Positions 1 to 7,042 of a stretch of 28,865 nucleotides of DNA are shown piece after piece (position 1 is the stretch's first letter; every line of letters begins with the position of its first letter). Below the pieces are notes generated by a model, which was not told the origin of the DNA, did not search any database, and worked only from the letters and a program-made list of their open reading frames with translations. Position numbers and translations under genes: made by a program. This DNA comes from a bacterium (GTDB taxonomy: Bacteria; Fidelibacterota; Marinisomatia; Marinisomatales; UBA1611), in NCBI GenBank assembly GCA_038127595.1, contig JAYPIC010000003.1:27064-55928 (forward strand), written 5' to 3'.

Positions 1-55
1 GTAATATTGCACTGGAGACTGCTTTTGGTGAGAATAATCCTGATAATCCTTGGCT
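1..55 (+). repeat. Exact 55-nt direct repeat, copy 1 (copy 2 at 1495-1549), in-frame offset of 1494 nt
   Basis: gtaatattgcactggagactgcttttggtgagaataatcctgataatccttggct occurs at 1-55 and 1495-1549. Confidence 0.95.
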
Positions 56-1859
56 TGAATTTATGGGGTCTCAAGTCACTTTTCATGTAGACATGAATGG
101 ACAAACTGTTTCTGCAAATGGTGTCCATGTTGCAGGAAACTTTGGTGATTATGATTATGACAATACTTTTGAAAACCCAGCATATCCAAACTGGGATCCA
201 GCAGGTATTGCTCTAACAGATGACGATAGCGATGGAGTTTACAGCGTTACACTAGACCTTGTTCCTGGCACTATTGAGTACAAATTCATCAATGGTAATG
301 CTTGGGGCGGCGATAGTGACGATGAATGGGCTGGCGAAGATAATGATAATCAGCCATGTAGATCTGGCGGTGGTAATAGAACAATTACCATTGGAGAAAC
401 AGATCTAGATGTTGGGCTAGTTTGTTGGGAAAGGTGTATTCCTTGCGATGAAGTTTATGTGACGTTACGAGTTGATATGGAATACGAAACCGTTTCAGAA
501 AATGGTGTTCATGTCGCTGGAAATTTCCAAGGTTGGGATCCTGCTACTACAATGATGGCACTTGAAGCAGAAGGTAGTACAGTATACCACTATCAATTTG
601 GTTCTACTCCTGGAACTGAACTACAATATAAATTTGTAAATGGAATGACATGGGATGATGCTGAAACAGTCCCTGCAGATTGTGCAACTGGCGGTAACCG
701 TACTCATGTTGTAGGTGAGACTGATTTCGTAGCTGATGCTATTTGTTATAATCAGTGTGGTACTTGTACCCCTCCTGCTACTGCTGCGGTAACATTCCAA
801 GCAGATATGAGCCAATTATTAAGTTATGGCTTCGACCCTTCCATACATACCTTAGAACTTAGAGGTCCAATGAATGGTTGGAGCGGTGGCGATGAATTTG
901 TTGTTGATGCTCTTGATCCAAACCTGTACGCATTTACAAAAGAAGTAACTGCAGTACCTGGTGATCCGGTAGAGTGGAAGTTCAAAGCCAACCCAGACGC
1001 TAGTTGGAACAATAACGGTTGGGAAACATCTGCAAATAGAACATTCGTTTTTAGTGGGGAGACTCAAGTATTAGACCCAGAGGTACCTGCTATTTTACCA
1101 ACTGGTGAGCTTCAAAATGAAGTCACTGTTGATATGGCTGTAACCTGGAGAGCAAATACTGTCAACGCAAATGATGGCAACCCTTTCCCTCAAGCACCAG
1201 ATACCATTATCTTTAATGGTTCTTTCTTAAACTGCTGGTGTACATGGGGAGACTGTATGGGTGTAAGTTGTGCATCTGCAGTATCTTCAGAAGTACCACG
1301 GTTAGTTGATACAGATGGTGATGGAATCTATACCGGTTCTCTTACACTTCCAGCTGGTCATAGCAATGTTGTAACCTATAAGTTCGGAGCATACTATCCT
1401 GGTGTGGAATCTATCCCTGGTGATAATGGTGCAATGGATAATGAAGCAGGTTTTGGTGCGGATAGAGTACTTTACATTCCAAGCCAAACTTCTGGTAATA
1501 TTGCACTGGAGACTGCTTTTGGTGAGAATAATCCTGATAATCCTTGGCTGTTAAGTACTGATGATTTTGCATCACAACCTAATGAGTTCAAATTAAAAGG
1601 AAATTATCCGAATCCATTTAACCCTGTAACGACGATCAATTTTACATTAGACATTACTAGTGAACTCTCAATGTCTATATATAATGTAAAAGGTGAAAGT
1701 GTTAGAGAAATAAAAATGGGGCAGATACCATCTGGCGTACACTCTGTAGTTTGGGATTCTAAAGATAATTCAGGAAGACTAGTTTCTACTGGATTATATC
1801 TTTATACGATCCAATCAAATGGAAGAACGCTCAATGGTAAGATGTTATTCATGAAATAA
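3..1859 (+). CDS. 5'-truncated secreted protein with repeated CBM20/CBM48-like Ig modules and a C-terminal T9SS-type-A/FlgD-like sorting domain
   Basis: Frame is open from nt 3 (NIALETAFGENNPDNPWLEF-MGSQ...), so ATG 63 is internal. Repeated modules V(T)FxVDM...NGVHVAGNF..WDP...EYKF(I/V)NG. C-terminus GNYPNPFNPVTTINF...SIYNVKG...WDSKD...GLYLY...KMLFMK. No catalytic motif recognised in the visible part. Confidence 0.75.
   Translation, partial: NIALETAFGENNPDNPWLEFMGSQVTFHVDMNGQTVSANGVHVAGNFGDYDYDNTFENPAYPNWDPAGIALTDDDSDGVYSVTLDLVPGTIEYKFINGNAWGGDSDDEWAGEDNDNQPCRSGGGNRTITIGETDLDVGLVCWERCIPCDEVYVTLRVDMEYETVSENGVHVAGNFQGWDPATTMMALEAEGSTVYHYQFGSTPGTELQYKFVNGMTWDDAETVPADCATGGNRTHVVGETDFVADAICYNQCGTCTPPATAAVTFQADMSQLLSYGFDPSIHTLELRGPMNGWSGGDEFVVDALDPNLYAFTKEVTAVPGDPVEWKFKANPDASWNNNGWETSANRTFVFSGETQVLDPEVPAILPTGELQNEVTVDMAVTWRANTVNANDGNPFPQAPDTIIFNGSFLNCWCTWGDCMGVSCASAVSSEVPRLVDTDGDGIYTGSLTLPAGHSNVVTYKFGAYYPGVESIPGDNGAMDNEAGFGADRVLYIPSQTSGNIALETAFGENNPDNPWLLSTDDFASQPNEFKLKGNYPNPFNPVTTINFTLDITSELSMSIYNVKGESVREIKMGQIPSGVHSVVWDSKDNSGRLVSTGLYLYTIQSNGRTLNGKMLFMK
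1495..1549 (+). repeat. Exact 55-nt direct repeat, copy 2
   Basis: Identical to nt 1-55; the copies diverge at the next base (t vs g). Confidence 0.95.
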
Positions 1860-1875
1860 CATTCTATTTCTTTAT

Positions 1876-1912
1876 AAAAAAGGGGAAGCTTTAATGCTTC
1901 CCCTTTTTTTTT
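1876..1912 (+). terminator. Rho-independent terminator, potentially bidirectional
   Basis: AAAAAAGGGGAAGC-tttaat-GCTTCCCCTTTTTT(TTT): perfect stem followed by a T tract, 16 nt after the stop at 1859. Confidence 0.9.
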
Positions 1913-1932
1913 ACATTAAATTTCCACTACAG

Positions 1933-3240
1933 ATGAAAAGTATATCAATTTTTATATGTGTCTTTATTCTCTTTTCACTATTTTTCTCCTGCCAAAATAT
2001 TGAAAATAAAAATGTAATTGCTAAAGTGGGTAATTGTGAGCTAACTACCTTCGATTATAGTAAAACTTACTCTGAAAAAATTTTAAACACCGGCATCGTC
2101 GATTCAGACTTTGAACGCGAAAGACATTTAAATCAGTTAATAAGGTTGAAGCTTTTTGCTGATGCATCAATAAGAGACGATATTGCGCTGGACTCATTAT
2201 CTAACAAACTATTACAAATCGACTCAATAAAAATTATTAAAGATGAATTATTTAATGATGTAATTAAAATCAATGAAGATATAAGTGAGAATACGTTGCG
2301 AGATCATTATAAATGGATGAATAAAGAGTGTCAAATAAAGCATTTGTTCTTCGATGATTCAATTAAAGCATTTAACACATTCGTTGCTATTACAAACAAA
2401 AAAATTAGTTTTGACGAGGTTGCAAAAGATATTTTTAAAAATGAATTCTTAAAAGAAAATGGAGGAAATATAGGTTGGATAAAATACGACGACCTTGATC
2501 CAAATCTAGAGGAATATATCTTCCCTGCTCCTACAGGAAAAATGTCTAAGCCAATAAGAAGTTCATATGGCTGGCATATAATGATAAAAGTTAATGAGAG
2601 AGCTCAAATTCTAGTTGATGAGTTTTCATTTAACATCCGAAAAAAAAATATTAAACAAGGAGTTATTAAAAAGCTTAAGCAAGTCAAAGCAAATAATTAT
2701 GTCAACGATCTAATGATGGATAGTGAAATCATAATTAACGATACATTGTCAAACATTATCTTAAATGCAATTACAAAAATTTTAGATTTTGGTGAGGCTA
2801 GTAGATCTTTGATAAACCCAAATGAAGAAATTATGTCTGTATTAGGTAATTTAAAAAAATATAAAGACTTAAAGCTGGCATCTTACAAAAATAGTTTCTT
2901 CCATGTTGAGGATCTTATCAGCGGAATGAGGCTATTAAACCTCTCACATTTAAAACAAACTCCATCTAAAATTTTTCATCTAGCGTTAAGGAATAAGATA
3001 TTATTTGAAGAAGGAATGAAAAAAAACATTCATGATAAGCATGAAACAAAAATGAAATTAAAAGACGCTAAAGACAGAATACTTTCTAGATTATATTTAA
3101 AGAAATATTTTAATTCTGACAAGATGAATGTAAACGGGTCAAAATACTTGTCGATCGCTGACAGTCTAGCTGCAATTTCAAAACCGGTCATATACCAAAA
3201 ACGTTTTTCTCGTATTTTTGATTATAAAGATCATAATTAA
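1933..3240 (+). CDS. Peptidylprolyl isomerase lipoprotein (PpiC/parvulin domain, PrsA/SurA-like foldase)
   Basis: Lipoprotein signal MKSISIFICVFILFSLFFS-C; VIAKVG motif; parvulin motifs KHLFF, SFDEVAK, NGGNIGWI, SKPIRSSYGWHIM. Start moved from 1894 (inside the terminator) to ATG 1933. Confidence 0.8.
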   Translation: MKSISIFICVFILFSLFFSCQNIENKNVIAKVGNCELTTFDYSKTYSEKILNTGIVDSDFERERHLNQLIRLKLFADASIRDDIALDSLSNKLLQIDSIKIIKDELFNDVIKINEDISENTLRDHYKWMNKECQIKHLFFDDSIKAFNTFVAITNKKISFDEVAKDIFKNEFLKENGGNIGWIKYDDLDPNLEEYIFPAPTGKMSKPIRSSYGWHIMIKVNERAQILVDEFSFNIRKKNIKQGVIKKLKQVKANNYVNDLMMDSEIIINDTLSNIILNAITKILDFGEASRSLINPNEEIMSVLGNLKKYKDLKLASYKNSFFHVEDLISGMRLLNLSHLKQTPSKIFHLALRNKILFEEGMKKNIHDKHETKMKLKDAKDRILSRLYLKKYFNSDKMNVNGSKYLSIADSLAAISKPVIYQKRFSRIFDYKDHN

Positions 3241-3248
3241 TTTCGAAC

Positions 3249-3974
3249 ATGAAAAATAAATTATATGAATACATGTATGATGAAAGTATTCCTTTCGTTT
3301 TTTTAGGAGCAAGCCATGTTTTTTCAATCATATTATTTCTAGTCTTAGCATTATCAATTCCATATCTGGCAAAAAAAAATCTTAATGAAAATCAGCAGCT
3401 TTTCTTAGGAAAAATTATTGGTGTTTTGGTCCTAATCGGGTATTTAAGCTGGGTAATTTTAGAAATACTAGCAGGCTCATTTAATTTAAAACTCCACCTC
3501 CCCTTTCATCTCTGTAGAACAGCGAATGTTCTTATTTTTGTCGTTTTGTTTTTTAGAAGCTTTTTGGCTTACGAGATTGTATTTTTTTGGGGATTAACAG
3601 TTATACATGCCGTTATCACTCCTGATATTACTCAAGGATTTCCCCATTATCATTTCGTTCGCTACTGGTTAACCCATCAGTTAATGATCATAGGAATAAT
3701 ATACGCGACATTTGTTTATGATATTAGGCCTCATAAAAAAAGTATTTATAAATCATTTGTAGCTCTTTTGTTATTCTTCCTTATTACCGTTCCAGTTAAC
3801 CTGCTCTTGGATGCAAATTATTTCTGGATATGCGGAAAACCTCCAGTCGGAACCGTATTGGATTATTTTGGACCATGGCCTTGGTATCTAGTTGTAGCTA
3901 CATTATTAGCCTTGATCCACTTTTACTTTTTTTACTATTTAATAAATTTTATTTCTTTAAAAATATCTAAATGA
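3249..3974 (+). CDS. TIGR02206/YwaF family integral membrane protein
   Basis: Multiple TM segments; LPFHLC, AVITPD, HQLM, ANYFWI, LDYFGPWPWY motifs typical of the family. Confidence 0.85.
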   Translation: MKNKLYEYMYDESIPFVFLGASHVFSIILFLVLALSIPYLAKKNLNENQQLFLGKIIGVLVLIGYLSWVILEILAGSFNLKLHLPFHLCRTANVLIFVVLFFRSFLAYEIVFFWGLTVIHAVITPDITQGFPHYHFVRYWLTHQLMIIGIIYATFVYDIRPHKKSIYKSFVALLLFFLITVPVNLLLDANYFWICGKPPVGTVLDYFGPWPWYLVVATLLALIHFYFFYYLINFISLKISK

Positions 3975-3983
3975 GGTAACATA

Positions 3984-4403
3984 GTGAAATCGTATCATAA
4001 GGAGCTATGGCTCAACATTGAAAAAAGAATGGACTTTATCAATATTACGCCTGAAGTTGAAAAAGCAGTAATTGAAAGCGGTATTAAAGAAGGTCTTTGC
4101 CTAGTTAATGCAATGCACATTACCGCATCAGTGTTTATTAATGATGACGAGCAAGGTTTGCATAGAGATTACAAGTCATGGCTAGAGGAACTTGCACCTC
4201 ATGAGCCTCTATCTCGCTATGATCATAATCTTACGGGAGAAGATAATGGAGATGCTCATCATAAACGACAAATAATGGGCCGGGAAGTTGTTGTTGCGAT
4301 CACAAAAGGTAGTCTTCATTTCGGTACCTGGGAACAGATATTTTATGGAGAATTTGATGGTATGAGGGATAAACGAGTTTTAGTGAAGATCATAGGTTCT
4401 TAA
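3984..4403 (+). CDS. yjbQ: Secondary thiamine-phosphate synthase family protein YjbQ (UPF0047)
   Basis: [39 protein letters not shown] motifs; GTG start with upstream GAGG. Confidence 0.92.
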   Translation: MKSYHKELWLNIEKRMDFINITPEVEKAVIESGIKEGLCLVNAMHITASVFINDDEQGLHRDYKSWLEELAPHEPLSRYDHNLTGEDNGDAHHKRQIMGREVVVAITKGSLHFGTWEQIFYGEFDGMRDKRVLVKIIGS

Positions 4404-4409
4404 TAAAAG

Positions 4410-4829
4410 ATGATTGATCAATACAAATATACTTGGAAAATGGTAAAGCCATTAATTCCAATAATTTTTTTAGCTATTTGGGTTGTTCTTTTTGAAGATA
4501 AAATTTGGCCAGATTGGGAAAATGAGATACCCGTTAAAAGCTTTGGAAGAGGAGAAATACAATGGGAATATGATATGAATTCAGAGCAAGCAAAAGAGAA
4601 CTATCGTTTTGAATTTATTCAACTAACTGGCGTAGCTGATACCTCCAGACATGATACATTGATCGTAGATAAAACTGTTTTTTGTAAAATGGAAAATCTG
4701 GAAATGATTAATCTAAAAGACTTTTATGGGAAACAAATAAAGCTTAAAGGTCGCGTACTTGGCTATAATGCTTCATCTAAGAAACTGAGACTAGATAAGT
4801 GTTTTATCCTAACTTCACCAGGAACTTGA
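4410..4829 (+). CDS. Membrane-anchored OB-fold protein (tRNA_anti-like)
   Basis: N-terminal TM helix; EY..NSEQAKENY...IQLTG and IKLKGRVLGY...LRLDKCFIL, paralleling 6653..7042. Confidence 0.6.
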   Translation: MIDQYKYTWKMVKPLIPIIFLAIWVVLFEDKIWPDWENEIPVKSFGRGEIQWEYDMNSEQAKENYRFEFIQLTGVADTSRHDTLIVDKTVFCKMENLEMINLKDFYGKQIKLKGRVLGYNASSKKLRLDKCFILTSPGT

Positions 4830-5699
4830 ATCCTTTCCTTTTAAAGAAAAAGCTCTTGATATATTAAAACCCAAATATAATCTGCTAGTAGATATATCTC
4901 CATTAGCATTTTCAATAAATGTAAGCTCGTATGGTCCTTGCGCGTTCGAGATCATTACTTGAAAAACATGCCCTCCTGTTTCGTAATCAAAACCAATAGC
5001 AAAACTATTTTTAAAATTTTCCTCTCTCGAGCCAATTGGAACAAAGTAATCCCCATTGATTGAAAATCTATTTGTGATCTTATACCTGCCTGCAAATCCT
5101 AAAGAAGATAATTGATGCTTGTCACCTTCTTTCATTACAAGATTCCTATAAATAATGGTAGGAAGTATTTCTAAAGAAAGGTTTCTGTTAAACTTTCGAC
5201 CAATGATCAATTGGTTTATGTATAATAATCTGTTAGAAAAATTATCTTTTAATGCTGGGGCGTCTTCTGATTTACGACCAGTTTTTATTCCTAAATCGCT
5301 GTAAAGTAAAACTGAAACCGGCATGTTTCTCGCTCCTTTAGATTGCCTTAAAAGTTTTGTTTTAAGAAAAATATCATATATCTTGTCAAAACTACTTCTA
5401 CCTAGGCCAAGGGCAAATACATCATTAAATCCATAACTAAAATCATACCTTATGATCGCATAATCTGTACCAAAAAGATCATAAAACCCATTTTCAATTG
5501 AACCAAAACGATGTTGAATCATAAACTGTAAAACTTTAGGCTTTGGAATTTCTAGAGATTGTGCATTAGCTACTCGAGTGCCTTTGAAAGCGTACTCGAT
5601 ATACTCTACCTCTTCTGGCTCATCATTAATTAAATCAAATAGATCATCTTGCGCAAAGACAAATGAAAATAAAAATACTATTAGAAAATACATCTTCAT
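4815..5699 (-). CDS. DUF5777 family outer-membrane beta-barrel protein
   Basis: Signal peptide ending VFA-Q; AFKGTRVANAQSLE, LQFMIQHRFG, ETGGHVFQVMISN, GFNISRAF motifs; located next to YceI. Confidence 0.85.
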   Translation of the reverse strand: MKMYFLIVFLFSFVFAQDDLFDLINDEPEEVEYIEYAFKGTRVANAQSLEIPKPKVLQFMIQHRFGSIENGFYDLFGTDYAIIRYDFSYGFNDVFALGLGRSSFDKIYDIFLKTKLLRQSKGARNMPVSVLLYSDLGIKTGRKSEDAPALKDNFSNRLLYINQLIIGRKFNRNLSLEILPTIIYRNLVMKEGDKHQLSSLGFAGRYKITNRFSINGDYFVPIGSREENFKNSFAIGFDYETGGHVFQVMISNAQGPYELTFIENANGDISTSRLYLGFNISRAFSLKGKDSSSW

Positions 5700-6253
5700 C
5701 TTGGATTTAATTGGACAGATACGTTCACATTAATTACCTCTGCAATGTTAGACCTAACTACCTTCGGAACCTTAATATTGTAATCAATGAGGGCGACATT
5801 AAAGTTACTCTCGCCAATAATAGATTTTAAACTACGCCATATTTTACCTGGCTCTTTAATTTTTTGCTTAATCCCATGAATAGTTAACTCTCCCTCAATG
5901 AACACTTCAGTAGGATTTTCTGATAATTGGATTGTATTCCAATCAAGAATTTTACCTTTAAAAACACTTTTTGGATAAATATCTGATTCAAGGTAGCTTT
6001 CATTAAAATGCTCCTGCATTAATGCATTTTTAAAGGTAAATCCTTTTATAGGAAGTTGAAATGCAAATTCGCCAGTATTTTTATCTAAAACGCAAGACAC
6101 CTGTTTATTAATTGCTTTTATATCTTCTAATGGAGTTGAAGAAAAAAAACTGATAACCCCTTCACGGGTAATGTACCTTTCTTTCGCAAAAGAAAAAGAT
6201 AGCAGGGCAAACAAAATGATCAATATGTTTCTATGATTACTCATCATTGACAA
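5696..6253 (-). CDS. YceI family lipid/polyisoprenoid-binding protein
   Basis: Signal peptide; ISFFSSTPLEDIKAIN, ALMQEHFNESYLESDIYPKS, GELTIHG, DYNIKVP motifs. Confidence 0.9.
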   Translation of the reverse strand: MSMMSNHRNILIILFALLSFSFAKERYITREGVISFFSSTPLEDIKAINKQVSCVLDKNTGEFAFQLPIKGFTFKNALMQEHFNESYLESDIYPKSVFKGKILDWNTIQLSENPTEVFIEGELTIHGIKQKIKEPGKIWRSLKSIIGESNFNVALIDYNIKVPKVVRSNIAEVINVNVSVQLNPR

Positions 6254-6570
6254 AATAACTCCGAAAAATTTTGAATAATATCTAATTCTTGTTGTGATAA
6301 TTTTGTAGAACCTAATGGCATAAATTGAGGATTGGAAATATCCAAATTAATCCTTTCTATTACTTTACCATCCATGATTGCTGCAACAGATCCCTCAAAG
6401 TCATTATACCCAGGATGGCAACCAACACAATTATTAATTAAAATTGGAGCAACTGATTGCGTATAAAAATCTTGTACTTCAACACAATCATAACTCATAT
6501 CAATATAGTCAGACTCTACATTTTTTTGACAACCAGACAAGACAAGTAATAAAATAAAAAATAGTTTCAT
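6244..6570 (-). CDS. Small monoheme cytochrome c lipoprotein
   Basis: Lipobox LSG-C; VAPILINNCVGCH (CxxCH); distal MP (FMPLG...LSQQELDII). Confidence 0.8.
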   Translation of the reverse strand: MKLFFILLLVLSGCQKNVESDYIDMSYDCVEVQDFYTQSVAPILINNCVGCHPGYNDFEGSVAAIMDGKVIERINLDISNPQFMPLGSTKLSQQELDIIQNFSELFCQ

Positions 6571-6652
6571 TTTTTAGACATGTTTTTATTTAATTTCATT
6601 AAACATAATCAATTATACGCTATAATTGTCAATAATGTTTAAAGAAATTAAA

Positions 6653-7042
6653 ATGAAATTCATCAAAAAATATTTTCCCTTACTTATTATTCTGCTCGCT
6701 ATTGCAGTCTATTTTGTTTGGAATAAACCACATAAAGATTATTCCACTATGAGAACTGATATTACTATCAGCTCTTTAAATTTTATCAATGAATTCAAAG
6801 CCAATTCAACTTTAGCTACAGAAAAGTATCTTAATCAAATTATCTTTGTTAGTGGAAATACAACAGATAAATTGACCAAATCTGTTGTACTAGATAATGG
6901 AATAGTTTGCACCCTTGATTCATCATCCTTAAAAGCTCTTAGACTTATTCAAATAAATAATGAGATCTCCATAAAAGGCCGGTTTGTAGGGTTTGATGAT
7001 CTTTTTGAAGAGATAAGATTAGATCATTGCTTCATTATGTAA
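6653..7042 (+). CDS. Membrane-anchored OB-fold protein (tRNA_anti-like)
   Basis: TM helix then WNKPH; EFKANSTLATEKYLNQIIFVSG; IKGRFVGFDDLFEEIRLDHC. ATG 6653 preferred over TTG 6626. Confidence 0.75.
   Translation: MKFIKKYFPLLIILLAIAVYFVWNKPHKDYSTMRTDITISSLNFINEFKANSTLATEKYLNQIIFVSGNTTDKLTKSVVLDNGIVCTLDSSSLKALRLIQINNEISIKGRFVGFDDLFEEIRLDHCFIM

Noticed and set aside
621..1487. Short antisense ORFs 621..815, 824..1012, 852..1067, 1302..1487
   Set aside because: Shadows of the long plus-strand CDS with no recognisable motifs.
1..1549. 55-nt repeat pair as DGR template/variable repeat or CRISPR repeat
   Set aside because: Copies are identical, in frame and coding, with no adenine-specific differences, spacers, reverse transcriptase or cas genes.
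1894..1932. ORF-track start of the PPIase at 1894
   Set aside because: Lies in the terminator hairpin; ATG 1933 gives a clean lipoprotein signal peptide.
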